Part shown: positions 38,650-54,409 of the stretch, one piece after another
Layout: every line of letters begins with the position of its first letter
Position numbering within the stretch: position 1 is the first letter of the stretch
NCBI GenBank assembly: GCA_951406725.2
Contig: OX597816.1
Location: 37,138,001 to 37,202,000, forward strand
Origin: Octopus vulgaris
Lineage: Eukaryota
Direction: 5' to 3'
DNA: 64,000 nt
Notes under the pieces: generated by a model
What the model was told of the DNA's origin: nothing
Seen by the model: the letters and a program-made list of their open reading frames with translations, nothing else
Databases searched by the model: none
Translations under genes and position numbers: made by a program

Positions 38650-38935
38650 TATTTTAGTGCTGACACCGCCGTGTTCATTCAACTTATGGAATGGATGGAT
38701 GGATCTCATTAGTGACAAGATAAAGGCTGACGTCTAGGTAATTTACTGCATAGTGTTCATTCTCTATAGATATCCCCAAGCTATAATTCTTAAAGAACTT
38801 GTACATTTTCTTCTTAAGGCATTCTAATGACCTATTAGTACAATTCCTAGATATAAATAGTAGGTCGTCCCTATAAAGAGCACCCTCTATATTCCTAAAT
38901 TCCATCTCTATGCAATATTTTGTATTTGACATTAT
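38650..38935 (-). pseudogene. Penelope-like RT fragment
   Basis: EGALYRDDLLFI...KKKMYKFFK...VNYLDVSLYL, homologous to the 19.1-19.5 kb RT. Confidence 0.8.
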
Positions 38936-39121
38936 ATACTTGACTTTATAAGTTTGATATATGTATACTAATTCATCTTTATAATGTATAATCTATAATT
39001 TATAACTTTTAATTCTTAACTTTATAAAGTGTAATTTTCAATTTTTAATGTTTAATATAATGTTAAATTTAACACTTGATTTTAAGGTGATATAAAATTA
39101 GATTAACAGTATTTTCAAATA

Positions 39122-39241
39122 GAACCTGAAGATATGTTAGTAGAATTGTAAATATGAGGATTGCATATATATATTCATATGTGCATATGTATGTATATGT
39201 CTATATATTATAATCTTCTAATACTGAAACACGTGTAGTTC
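39122..39241 (+). ncRNA. Type I hammerhead, near-intact (stem II base degraded), in inverted pseudo-LTR next to PLE RT fragment
   Basis: GAAC-CUGAAGA...long AU-rich stem II...GAAAC-ACGU-GUA-GUUC. Confidence 0.65.
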
Positions 39242-39451
39242 CTTCATAATTGATTATTTTAATTTTAAATTAATTAGGAGATAATTAAGGAAGTATATTT
39301 TATACCCTGCTGGTCAACTCATTATATCCTTTAAAGTATTATTTCGTGAATCGCAAATAGATACCACGAGTTTACCTTCAGATATACTCATTAGGTTTTT
39401 TTTTTGTATTATCTGAAATAGAATACCCGCATATCTAATAATCCCAAAAAC

Positions 39452-39535
<84 letters not shown>

Positions 39536-39565
39536 TGTTTACAGAGTCAGACAGATAGAGAGTTC

Positions 39566-40085
39566 AAATTTACAGAAAACAAAAGTCGAAGGCAGGTGAC
39601 AGAACAACAAGCAAGTGTATTAGTTTAACGCTTGGGAATAATGGAAAAGTCTTCGGCGTTTCGAGCCTACGCTCTTCGACAGAACGGATTGAGAGGAATA
39701 AAATGCAGAGTGAGCGAATAGAATAGAGAGCGAAAAAAATGTATACACATGCGCGCGCGAGCACGCACATGCACACACAGACACAAACATATACAGAGGA
39801 TGAGGTTTGGTGAAACGAAGAGGAAAAATAGAATTCAAAACATGAATATATATATTTTTAATCATTAGACAAGTTACTCAAGAGCCGAAGCTCTAGTTAT
39901 TACCTTTACGAAACGCTCAGAGACTCATGACATTTTTCTCTCGGAGAATGTGTGTGCGTGTGTGTATAGCTCAAATATAAAGAAAAGTTATACAAAAAGA
40001 AACAGGGTGTATTAGTTTGACGCTCAGGAATATGAAATCCGTCTTTAACGTTTCAAACCTGCGCTCTTCTTGAGAAAGAAATGAG
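39566..40085 (-). mobile_element. Two copies of a short repeat carrying a minimal hammerhead variant (CUGUNGA-A-GAGC-GUAG-GCUC-GAAAC)
   Basis: Motifs at 39651-39684 and ~40045-40078. Same family at 49060-49255 (+) and 50250-50460 (-). Confidence 0.6.
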
Positions 40086-40841
40086 AAGAGTTAAAGAAGG
40101 AAAGAGAGTAAAACACTGAGGGAAAAAATTTTGAATTAACGGTGTTTCATATTGAACTGACCGACAGGAAGGATGTGGCTGGCGACGTGGGTGGCAAGGG
40201 AAACAACTGTGACTTGGCTAAAGTGAATGCGCTTGCATCCGTATGTGTGTTTATCAGGATGTATACGTGTATGTGTGTGTGTATGGGCGAATGCGTGTGT
40301 ATGTGCGTGTAGGCAAGCACGTGTGTTAATATAAAGATTATGTGAGCGTATCTATGTACATGCATGGGAGCCGTGTGTATATATGCCTCTGAATGTGTGT
40401 GTGTATGTGTACGAACAAATATGCGTGTGTGTGTGAAGCGATGTGTGTGTGTGTGTATTCTGTGTAGTTACGTGAGTGTGCGTGTGTGTGTGTGGACATC
40501 TGTGTATGTTGTGATTGTATGAAGCTGTGTAACGTAGGCGTATGTATGAGGCTATCAAGTGTGAATGTGTGCAGATGCGTGCGTAACAGCTAATGTATGC
40601 GTGTATCTGTGTGCGAGTAGTGTGTATGCCTCTGTTCTTCGATCTGTGTTAGGTGTGTGCGAGTAAGTGGAAGTCGAACATATGTGCGTACATAAAGTGT
40701 GTATATATGACGTTATTGTATGTGCATGTTATGTGTGTTTATGCGTGAATATCGTGTGTGTACGTATGTGAGATAATGTGTGTGCGCTTGCTATCAGATG
40801 ATGCGTATACATGGGGTAACTTGTTAAAGTGTATGACGCTA

Positions 40842-40885
<44 letters not shown>

Positions 40886-41165
40886 TGTGTGTGTGTATAA
40901 TGGTGCGTGTATGTATGTGTGAAGCTATTTGACGTATGTGGTTGTTGTAGGGAGATGTATATGGGTCAACTTAAATAGATGTATCAGATCGGATAGGGGT
41001 AAGAAAGGGGGTAGGTTTTGGGATGTGTGGGTGTTTGTGGGGAAGGAAGCGGAAGTGTGGGTGCTGGTATGTGTTGATCCATATATGCATATATACATAT
41101 ATACGTACACACGCACATACATATTTAACCATATTGATATAAGAAGGTTATACGTGCCAACATAT

Positions 41166-42134
41166 AGAGTATATTCCAAAAATGTTCAGACTTTTTCAAA
41201 ACATACATATATTAAGTTTAACCTAGTAAAAAACTCTAATCTTCTTCAAAGTAAGATCTCCTGATTTTAACGCACTTGTAGCGATTCAGCCAATGACATT
41301 TCCATTAAAGTCCTTAAAAGTGAAAGTATCCAGGACTTTCATCTTCGAAACGACTGTTCCTGAAGTTCTCCTTCAGCTTGAGAAACGCCCAAAAGTTACT
41401 ATCCCTATTTTGCAGAGGAAATCGGTCATACAGGGTCCTTGAACATCTGATGTTTCCATAGTGACTGATAGAAGCTGGTCATGCTCCTGTATTTATTGAT
41501 TCTTTTTCTCCTCCACATTGCGGGCAGCAGCACCCGGGTTTTACTGTATTCTTCACTATTTTCAAAATTAATTGAGACGATGGCAATGGATTGCCCATCT
41601 CTATGAAGTTGATTGTTACTAGGATGCTCATTAAACAAACATTGCATTTTCAGATCATCATGGATAATTCTGTTTGCAGTTGTCGCACCAACTGCAATAG
41701 ACTGTATGTTTGTTGTCTTTATATAGACGCGACAATCCTCATCGAGAGAACTGCGAATTCTCTCAACCATCTCTGATTTTCTGATATCCTTCTCCCTCTT
41801 ATACCTTTCATCGTCTCTCATCTCATCTCTACTGTCCTTAACTTCTTGTGTCAGCGAAAACTTTAATCCGTAAGCAAACTGATGCTTTTCATAAGTTTCG
41901 GTGTTGCTTTTGCTCTAGTTTATCACAAAAGTGTATTGCATAGCGATGCTTCTAAACGTTCCGACTACATTCTGAAAAATCGTCAGCTGTGAGAAGAATT
42001 GTTTAGTAGGGAGTGTGCAAAGTGCTGTTACAGCCGTTTACTTCACTCTAGAATAACAAAATTAGGCAGATCAGCTTAGATGTATTCTAATGATATACTA
42101 AAATTAGAATAATCTTCTAGAATGCATCTCATAT
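41166..42134 (-). mobile_element. Decayed mariner-family DNA transposon
   Basis: ERIRSSLDEDCRV...VGATTANRIIHDDLKM resembles the mariner HTH region, with TIR-like ends. A related fragment lies at ~63685-63775 (+). Confidence 0.65.
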
Positions 42135-44856
42135 GTACCGAAATGAGTAAGAAATACTAGGAAGATGGTAAAAATACTTAACCTTCATCCTAACCATAAT
42201 CTTAACCATAACTTAGATAAGTCAAGAAATAATTTTCGATTGAAATATGTCAAGATTAACTGAATATTAAGCTCATTTCTTCAATTGTTTTCTTTTTATT
42301 TGAACAATTCAAATGAGCTGCCATAAAATATGGTCGATTAATATATCACGTCGGTAAAGATCAATAAGACTGGTAATTCTCTTCGGCTTTTATTTCTTCA
42401 ATTTTACAACTTTTATTGATTTTTTTCTGGTATTAATGGATGTTTCTTTTATAAATGTTATTTTATAAAGTTTTTGCTTTCTTAAGAATCGTTTCTGAAC
42501 AGTGAATAGGATTTTAGTATGAGGAAATTTAGCTATTTTACTTTCCTTCCTAAGGTCTATCCAGTTCAGTTATAATCTCTTCAAATGTACTATTTTTCTG
42601 TTTCTGAGAGTTAAATACGAAATCTACAGTCAAAGTATTTTTACCTATATCAGTTATGAATTAACGAGGAAGTCACTATGTAACAATTCTGCCTACGTCT
42701 CTTGGATCATGCACACACGCGCTTTAAAACAAATCATGGTGTATAAAAGGCGATCACTGGTAGGATACAGTGATCATAGATTTTCATAGATTTTCCTTAT
42801 TAAAAATCTGGCTCCAAGGAAAAGCAACAATACCTACTTTTGAAGGGCAAGGAATGGCTGTTTATTTAAGAAGTATACAACGAAACTACTTTATTTCGCG
42901 TTCAATCCCACTACGTAGCACATTAGTCAAGAGTCTTCTGGTAGAGCTTCAAAGAGGTCAAAGTCCCTTGTCAATGAAACATTATGTTGAAACATGTTTG
43001 AAGAAATGTTAATTTTTACGCAGCGCACTCCCTTACTCATCCGCTTAACACCACCACACTTAGTGACTTAAGTGTAGTCCATTCTGCCTTTAGGACCTTG
43101 TCTTCGTTCTCCTCATAACGTCCGCCCAACAATCCTGAAATACCTGGTAGAGCTAAGGGGCGTGAGCCTTCCTTCGTACACTCAGTCATTGAGAACAAAC
43201 TATGTTTTTCAAGATGCTGTCTTCCTCTCCTCTAAAAGATCTTATCACTAGTGTTTTATCTTTTTCAAATATGTGAAATTATATTTCTTCCCAATGATCT
43301 ATAGACTCTTTTTTTCTATTTCCTATGCTTCTGTGAACCTTATTTCATCATATATATTCTACCACAGAAACAGATATATCTCCCAGCATTTTCATAAGTT
43401 GAACATATTTGTCTCTGTACAGATTCAACAATTTATCTGAGCTAGATTTCCTTTTGTACACATCTTGCAATTTTTTAGGGATATCCAGGAAGCATCTTTG
43501 AAGATTGTGAGATTTAGGGTTTTTAATGGTATTGAGATGTTTCAGCTTGCACTGGTATATAATTTATGTATGCAGTGATTGTCTTTTTCCGCTATTAATT
43601 TATCCATTTATGTCAAGTAGTTCGTCTTAATTGAACAGCGTTGGCGTATGTATTTGTATGCGCTAAATAAATCTCTGTAGTCTGTGACATTACAAGTAAT
43701 AATTAGAAGATGATTAATGAAAGGAGAAATATAGTTTGTGTCATTACTAGTAATGATTAATGTACAGAGGAAGTGTGTTAGAATCATAACCAACAGGTGT
43801 GATGGGGGACAATTGATAGGGTTTTTAGCAGAAATAGTCTGAAATAAAAGAAGTTTGACAGCAAACAGTTCCAAAAAATGATAGAAGGATTAATATCATA
43901 GGAGAGTATTACTTCTAAGGTGTTCACAAGCCAAACACATTCAACAGATTCCACCTACATTTCCTGAAATGATAGATCACTCTGGACAGTAAACAATTGT
44001 ATATGAAATCATACTGCTCAATGACAAATAGCAGTATTCTAATAAATTAGCAAAGAGACTCTTGAAAAAGACTGAAATGAACAGCTCTAATCTAAACTGA
44101 GAGAGAGCTAACCAGCTGAGCGAAGTACGAATACACCCGTTGCTTTTCTTATAGACATCTGTTGCATCTTTTGGTGACCATCATAAGAAATTGTCACCTT
44201 GATAATATTGCATGCCTCGTTCCAAAGTTAGGAAACAGTATTGTTTACCTCTATTCTTCGTCTGTACAATAAAGTGCATCAAACGTTTTAAAGTATTGCC
44301 TTTTTGATTGACGAAGTAATGTTTATGCAGTGTGGCGTTTCTACACGACGATGGAATCAGCCATCCCCTTCTCTGTCATCAATGTTTGACAAGTTTCAGG
44401 TGAAACGATTTTTGAACGGTAGGTTTCTGTGTATTCTATTGGCTTGATCAGACTTGGATTATCTGTTGACAAAGTAAGCGTTGAGGTATTTTCAAATTTG
44501 AAATTCTGATCGTGATACAGAATAGAACGTTCAGAAAATGTTTAACTTATTCCTTATCCTTTTTTCAATCTTTTCTTTAAAACACTGTGTATTCTCATTC
44601 ACTTTCTTTTCTCTTTTTCTGTCCCTTTTTTGTACTCTGTTTCCTATCTATGTCATTATTTCTCCCACTTTCTCCACCCATACGACACAATTTTTTTTTC
44701 TGTTAAACAACAGTTTTCTCTTCTAATATAATCTACTTCGCTTATCCGTTTTCACTTTCCCTCCCTTAATTCTTCCCTACATCCTTATCCTCTTCGTTTC
44801 ACTTTTATTTTTTCTCTTATTCTCCGGCCCCTTTAAATTTTCTTTGCTGTCAATGC

Positions 44857-45745
44857 AGCATTTAAGCGTAGAGGTAAACAATACAGCCAGAAATAGGCTC
44901 TATTTTGGTTGATATTATTTTTAAATGTGTGAGTAGGCGTAAATCTCTTTTCCTTTCTTTAACTATGATCCCTGAACTCCAGTATAACCCTCGAACCAAT
45001 TTCTAATCTTACCACTCATCTCCTTCTCGCACTACCATTCTTTACATCAGTTGAAAACAATCCTTTCAACGTGACAATGCTCTTAGATCAGCAACATTAA
45101 CCAATAGGGCGGCGAGTTGGCAAAATTTAGCACGCCGGGCGAAATGCCGAACTTCTTTTGCCGTTCTGAGTTTGCTGTCAATGCTAAGTGTAAAAGATGT
45201 TCTATATGGCACATTCTACCAGTATAGCATTTAAGCGTAGAGGTAAACAATACAGCCAGAAATAGGCTCTATTTTGGTTGATATTATTTTTAAATGTGTG
45301 AGTAGGCGTAAATCTCTTTTCCTTTCTTTAACTATGATCCCTGAACTCCAGTATAACCCTCGAACCAATTTCTAATCTTACCACTCATCTCCTTCTCGCA
45401 CTACCATTCTTTACATCAGTGCTGAAAACAATCCTTTCAACGTGACAATGCTACACTTAGATCAGCAACAGTGGTAACCAATAGGGCGGCGAGTTGGCAA
45501 AATCGTTAGCACGCCGGGCGAAATGCCGAGCGGCACTTCTTTTGCCGTTACGTTCTGAGTTCAAATTCCGCCGGAAGTTTTTGTTGACAAACAACAGCAG
45601 TAATTTTATTCAGCTGAATACGTCAGTGATTGGTTGAAATTATTGAAATACGACAACTTTAACACGAAATAACTTCGATAATAGAAACTTTTTTCAACAA
45701 CGCTAAGTGTAAAAGATGTTCTATATGGCACATTCTACCAGTATA
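44857..45745. repeat. Local tandem duplication (~370 bp vs ~520 bp copy) including a SINE B head
   Basis: AGCATTTAAGCGTAGAGG... starts at 44857 and 45227; the first ~195 bp are identical. Confidence 0.92.
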
Positions 45746-47230
45746 CGAAGTTTCAAAGTGTTTAGTTAAAGAAAATTAATTAATCGAGCTGCCCATGAAA
45801 AAGAAAAGATCCGAGAGACGTGCTGCAATGTAGACCAACAGAACCTGAACATTTCCTGGTAGCATTAATGCTGCTCAGCATCGCCTAAAGAGGTGATTCT
45901 CTTCGAGAGTGCGGAAATCCTCATAATTTCCAGTCGGTAGATAAAGTAGTATAAAACCAGAAGAGCAAACTGTATGAAAATAATAAATATAAAATAACTG
46001 TTTATAATTTTTTATGATAATTATTTCAAATTTAATATAAAAATGACCCATTTTATACGATATAATCACCTGTAATCACTCTTAGAAATGTCGCTAATTA
46101 AATGGTAGTGCAGATATGAGATAGAAGAAACAGCATCTCCTTATTCACTGTAAGGAGCTAGCCAGAATTTGAACCAATGGTCAACAAAAAGAAGTTATAT
46201 ATGAACTGGAAGTGAATTGTGTTTGGTAGTGCTTGTTCACTATCAAACTACAAAATCTCGGGTTAATTATATCTACGGAAATATTTTTGAATTTATTGAC
46301 TTTCTTTTCCCGTGTGTTTATATACTTGTTGTTCTAAGTGACGATGTTCCCGGGAGTATTTTCTATAAATTCACTCACTTCAGTGTATGTACGTCTAGTC
46401 TGATATTTGGTGCAAGGCCAAACACAAATGTGTCCGTTTACTTACACAAACACTCACACACACACATACACATACACGCACACACACACACACATAGTCT
46501 TGCCTTCATCAAATTCACTCAGAAAGCACTGATCTCCTGGGCTATAATCGAAGATACCTGTCAAATGTGTCTGGCTGTGGTACTGAACCCGAAGCCATGT
46601 CGTTGTGGAGCAACCTTCTTGACACACATTCACGCTTCCTTCTTTATTTAAGTAATCAAGTTTAATTCGGCTAATCTCTTCATCTACAATATGCTGATAA
46701 GAACTTTGAATTATATTTCCCCCAATCCACTCCAATCCCTTATTTCGCCCTAGAACTGCTTCGTTTCGAACTTCTACTTCCCGTGTTATCCTTCGGTGAC
46801 TAACTCTCAAATAACAGAATTGGATGATAACCGATTTAACTACAAAATTATTCCTGTACATCCATGTATAAGGTCCAAAATAGAAAACGGCTTCTGCAAA
46901 TTAATATCAATGAAGAAGAAAAGAGTAGAAAATTCATTTCAATTATCTCTGTTTTATCTCCTGGATATTTTTGGGAATTCAGAAATATGTAAACCTTATA
47001 TGCACTTTACAAATACATATTTCTGCTGAGGCTATTTGCAGAGAAATTTTCACTTTGAAAATAGTAACTTGCATATTTTTATACAAAGAGGTGTTATGAG
47101 GCATTATACTTGTAAAAATTTCTATCGTGTCTTCAGACAGTAGATTTAGTTAATCTAACTTTTTGCGAAATAGTTTTTGAAATAAAGAGACCGAAAATAT
47201 ATTAACGATGAGAGTGAGATGCTTTGTTAA

Positions 47231-47427
<197 letters not shown>

Positions 47428-48999
47428 AATTCACTTATTCATTTATTTGCTTTATATTTTGTGGAGTCGAGTCTACTGAAAATGTATTCAAAGTAGCAAG
47501 AATATGATGCCGAGTTGTAGAAAACAAAAAGTATTGTGCTTCAATAAACGTGAAATCTGAGTACGTGACTCAATAATTTATTCTATAACCAAGTTATAAA
47601 CATGTTACACGGTTTATTTCTCTGATTGATGGATAAAGTATTCTTGCTATTTTACTTATTTCAATGTAAAAGTGTGTTTTCTTCGTCGTACAATGGTAGA
47701 TGTCTTAATGTAAATCGGTTAACGGTTTTATCACTTTCCATTTTTTTATTTTGATATAGGGCATTTAATATGATCTTCCAATATGAGTACTGTATTACGA
47801 CACCTACTGATATGATGATTATTTCATTTGTGAAAATAGATCAACATGTATTCTTGCTGTACATTCTCATGCAGACGAATACCATTCAGTGATTTTGCAT
47901 TTTGAGACGATGGTAAAAAAAATAACATTTGGAAATAAAAAGAGCTTTGCAAAAGCAGTGACTAAAAAAACAAATTGAACATTTTCTAATGGATAATTTA
48001 TAATTGCTAAACGTAAAAAAAGTTCATTCGCAGACATTTTTTTTCTTTTAATCATCACGACTAGCTGTAGGATACTAATAATAGTATACTATTTCCAGTG
48101 AAGATTGTAGATGCTTCACGAACCAATCACTGATACTACAGAATTATACCATTATTGCATTTTAACACCTTATCAAAGTTAACATTACTTAAAAGCCTTG
48201 GGGCAAAAATACGAATTTTTAAATAAACAAATAATCTTAGAAATCTTAGATTATTTAATCACTTCCTAAAAACATGGTATCTCTCCAGCCCTTGAATTGA
48301 CAATAGTATTTGATTTAATCAAACATGCTGATATATAATTTCAGCTCAATACCTCTAGTTTTGGAAGTATAATAACGAGGGCAGGAGTTAGTTAACTCGA
48401 CATTTATTTAATTCGGCAATGAATGTACATATCAGTTTTTTCTGTTTTATACATTACATATAATCCATGGTCCAAATGTGTATTTCAGGATTTTTTTAAT
48501 TGCGCAGTTTGATATAAGTTCTAAATATATACTATGGAGTGGCAAAGTTAATCTATGATTTGATAGCAACACACGATATTAGTAACTGTATTCCTATTTC
48601 CGCAAATGTAAATTTGCTAAGCTATTATAATGTTTGTGTTATTTTTAGATTGTGAGCGAAATCAGTAAACAATGTTTCACGTGTTTTTAAACGTACATAT
48701 TCCTGCTGTGAATTGCAAACAAATATGAGATTATATGCCAAGTTCTCGTTACAAAAAGTTATAGGCATCAAACAACTCTTTTCTCCATTGTTGGTTGTCA
48801 TTTGGTTTCAGGATAATTTGCTGGTCTACAAATAAATAATTTTTAAGATTTATGAAGTTAAATATGTTATCATATTTGATTCGCCCACCTGTGAAGCAGA
48901 CAGAGATTTCTACGTTCCGGCCACTCAATAAATGTCCCAAAATAATGCTGTCAGAACTAATATATATGTAACGTAACGTAATTAATTGGAAACAAAACG

Positions 49000-49058
<59 letters not shown>

Positions 49059-49254
49059 CATGATAGATCGTTAGCCACTACACACATTTTCTTCTCTCTT
49101 TGTTTCACTCCTTGTTTTTTCTGTGTCCCTTTCTGTAGAAGAGCGTAGGCTCGAAATATAAAAGACTTTTTTCTATTCCTGAGCGTTATACTAATACATC
49201 TGTTTGTTTTGTACACCACCTGACTTCGTCTTTTGTTTTTTTTCGTAAACTCTC

Positions 49255-49358
<104 letters not shown>

Positions 49359-49641
49359 ATTAAAATTAAGGATAACATCTATATAGGATTTTATGTATTA
49401 GCTAGCATGGAAAAACCAATTAAGTTAAAAGTTAATACAAAGTATATAATTTTGTAAATTATAAAATTATAATAAGAGCAATTACGAGGTAATATCACAT
49501 GCTGGAAGAAGACGCCAAATGGCTCTAAATTACTTTATCTGTCACATAGACACACGCTGAAAGCGAGAGAATGAACAAAAAATTTGGCGGGGTGAGTATC
49601 AATTAATTACAGGTTTAGTGGTGTAATACCCTCTACCATCC

Positions 49642-50094
49642 AAAGTATATAATTATAAACATTTATACATAACATACTAGCACAATGTATCCACAGTGCA
49701 TATACAAATTTTCACACTTATATACAAGTTAAAAATCTATTTCGTTCATCTCAGCCACGTATGAATAGCTAAAATGATTCAGAAGTGAATAAATTTTGGC
49801 TGAAGTGAATTCATATTTTTCAATTAAAATTATGGATAAGATATATATAGGATTTATTGGGGTTTTTTTTACATGCTAGCTACTTGATAAAATCCTATGT
49901 AGATTTTATCATTAATTTTAATTGATAAATATGAATTCATTTCAGCCAAAATTTATTCACTGCTGAATCATTTTGGTTATTCATACGTGGCTGAGATGAA
50001 CGAAGTAGATTTTTAACTTGTATATAAGTGTTAATAATTGTATATGCACTGTGCATACGTATGGTATGTATAAATGTTTATAATTATGTGCTTT
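49642..50094. repeat. ~450-bp imperfect palindrome (arms ~210 bp, ~30-nt loop)
   Basis: Hand alignment of the arms; 49357-49420 is a further copy of the central part. Confidence 0.9.
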
Positions 50095-50160
50095 CGGTTA
50101 TGTCATACTGAGGATGCTAGACTGTATTATATCACTAAACCTCGATATATTGAAATATAT

Positions 50161-50253
<93 letters not shown>

Positions 50254-50849
50254 TAATCCAAACAAGAAAGCACAAAAAAGCACAACAACGCGAGGACGTG
50301 GAACAAATATAGTATTATTGGACACTCAGGAAAGAAGAAAAGAAGGAGGGTTTAACGTTTCGAGCGGAGCTTTTCGTCGGAAACATAGGGGAAGGAAAGA
50401 TCCAGAGAAGGGAAGACAGAGGGAAAAAAATCGCCAACGGTACACACGAGGTCACAGGGCAACAGACGTTAAGGCAAGGTAAACATTTCAAGTCATGACT
50501 TATATTTGCCTTGCCTTAACGTTTGTTGTCCTCTTTAACAATTATATATCCGCTGCATCGGAAACCTGCAATGACTCCATAAATACCGTCTCGGCTATAA
50601 TCTTGGAGCCCTAGTAACTCATTGTAGCACTTACTTACTGTATCTAATCATTTAGCTCACCTGTGTGAATAAATTCTCATAGATTATATATATACTGATA
50701 AAAAATGGTAGGACAACAAAAGAAAGAAAGAGACCTCGATATTATGTAAATATAGGAATCTATCTGTAAATGTAATATGTGACAATTATTCAATAGCCAT
50801 GAGTTTTATCATGGCTATCGAATAATTGTCACATATTACAGATACATAC

Positions 50850-50932
<83 letters not shown>

Positions 50933-52661
50933 AGAGTAAGTACATAAAAATGTGAAGCAAGGTGGTGTGAAGAAATAGTACTCGAATACCGGAGGTAGAG
51001 TAGAATGCTGCAATTTTCCTATATTAACTCAAATGTTTGAGCATATTTTTGTTATTTATTTTTGTTCCATAATATACAACTGTATAATATATTTAATTGG
51101 GTAGTATTGGATATTTAATTTGGATAGTAATCACCAAGAAATGAAAGTAAATTTGTATATCAAACTCTCGTTCAGCACAGTGGCTAATGATTGAATATAT
51201 ATTGCTTTGAATCACACACAGAGAATCAGAACCCACAACAGTGTATATTTAAACCATTTCAGTAGCAGCAGCGGACGTGTTTACATAATAGTTTAATGGA
51301 AAAGTAATCTCACATTAAACACCAACGGATTAAAAATCGAATTAATGTTTGTCCATAGTTTAACCATAATTTTAAATATGAATCATTTTTAGTGGGACTT
51401 GCTTCAATAAACAGAATAACGTAACCACATAGCAGCTGCCGAAATTGTTTCGACCAGAGATAAAATAGCCAAACTTTCTTTAATTACAGTGTGTAACAAA
51501 ATTTTATTTAATATTTTCGTTGTTGTTGTTGTTGTTCAGTAAGTGTTATTTCCTATTTGCTTCTAACTAGAAATGAAAGAAAACGACTACTATTCTCTTC
51601 AAACTTTGCGATATCAATGTTTTGACACTGGCCTACTTTCCATTACATTTCAGACAGATTCAGGGCTGAGCTACTGATGCAGAAATTTCGTTATAGCAAA
51701 TATTCTGCTCAATAGTACAGACTTTAGCATGCCCCTTAGTAGATGACAATATGTGCATCTCTGATCACGAGCAAGAGTAGTGACGAAGCATTGTAGACAT
51801 GTCTTGATGGGAATTCTTTGGGATTTGAATAAATGTAACAAGCAAAATTTGAACTAAATATTAGCTATTTTTCCGACTTTCTAGGAGTAAGCAATTAGGA
51901 AATAACAGTTGCTGCCCAAGGACGAAAATCGCATTACACAGTGTTATTGTAAATTTTCAGGTCCTAGTGCACTGAACTTAATTAGTAAAACTATTTGTAA
52001 CATTGCAAACAAAAGTCTATACATATTTATCGCGAACACTGGGAAACTTGTTTAAAAAATTACTTTCCCATCTGATACCGGAGTTCAGAAAATTTTTTCA
52101 TTAATCTGAACGATTCTAACAGATATTGAAAATGTCTGTTTTAGCAGCAATCTAATAATTTTGAACTAAAGTAAATTATAACCATATTCAGAATATTTCC
52201 CAGTGTTACAAATTTTTCTGTCATGAAGAACTTGTCAATCTTTACCACCGACTAGAAGCATGTTAGATTTGATTTGTTGTTATTTCAAACAAATATTGTA
52301 ACGATTCTTGTGTTACTTAAGTTAGTAAGTTACTGGTAGGAATTTTATAGACAATTATTTCCCATAGAGTTGACAGAGTGGAATTCATATTGTGAAGTAA
52401 AAGAAGAAAGAAAAGCATTATGTTTCTGGCAAAGCCGAGGTAGAATGACAGAGAGAGACAGAGATAGAGAAGGATTATTTATTTAGTTTTTACTGCTGCT
52501 TGAAAAGTAGATTATATTGCGACTGGTGAGGAGGAAAATAATTATAGCAAAGCAAAGTAGAGTAGATACAGGTGTAACAAGAGAAACGAGAGTAAGAAAT
52601 GAATAGTCACTGTTAGGATAAATATATTTGTGTATGTACGTGCCCATATGGTATGTATATA

Positions 52662-53345
<684 letters not shown>

Positions 53346-53403
53346 CGTATATATGTATGTATGTATGTATGCATGTATGCATGTATGTATGTTTGTATGT
53401 GTG

Positions 53404-53440
<37 letters not shown>

Positions 53441-54409
53441 GGCAAAAAAGAAATTGGAACAGATGCAAAATGACATACATCAACTGGTAGATATTCTATT
53501 ATGTCTATTTATTCTAAAACATAAGGAAGTATTATAATAATAATAGACATAATAGAATGTCTACCCGTTGATGTATGTCATTTTTGTATGCCCTCCATTT
53601 TCTATTTTGCCGTATAAATTAAGGGTAAACAATTTTTTACCCCTGCCCATATATGACACTCGTTTGCAAGATTGCCACGCAATAAGAAGCACTTGGGTAT
53701 TAATAATGGGGTACATTACCAACAGTATATTTGATAAGTACTATCCCTTAGTCGGTTGACTTGCCAACCTCTAACTCTCACGGAAACTCGAAGTTTTATC
53801 ATGACTACCGAATAATTGTCACATATTATATTTACTGATAAATTCCTCTATTTACATACTATCGAGGCCTCTTTCATTCTTTAGTTGTCTTACCATTTCT
53901 ATCAATATATATATATATATATATACGACAGGCTCCTTTCAGTTTCCGCCTACCAAATCCACTCTTTGGTCGGCTCGAGACTGTATTACAAGAGACTCGT
54001 CCAAGGTGCCAGGCAGTGGGACTGAACCCGGAACCATAGGATCTGTTACCACCAGCTTCATCCCGCCCCTCTATTCCACTACGCCCCACTCTACAATCAA
54101 ATATCTTGTACACGGGGTAGACTTTTTGGTCAACTAAGTCACAAACCAAGCGGCATAATTCTAATTCACTTAATATTGTTTCCCTTTTTGGTTTTCATCT
54201 GAGTAGGTTCATCCATGAATTTCGTCCCAATTTCTTATAACAGCCCTAAGCCCCTTAACCCGAATGTCTCCGTTTCATGCATCCAGTGGCAAAGAGCCTG
54301 GGCCATATTCTTCCTTTCAACCATGAAATGTATAAAACGTTACATGAATGAATAGTAAACAGTTTTGTAGCTATAGACAAAAGAGGGAATCATAAAAAAT
54401 AAAGCCACC

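Noticed and set aside
43400-44060. Possible very old CR1-like 3' remnant (also LINE-like traces at 8300-9080, 10200-10560 and 58700-59450)
   Set aside because: Similarity too weak to call without an HMM search.
52204-52266. Peptide CHEELVNLYHRLEA, weakly like a COMM-domain C-terminus
   Set aside because: Too short, ends in a stop, and has no supporting exons; likely chance.
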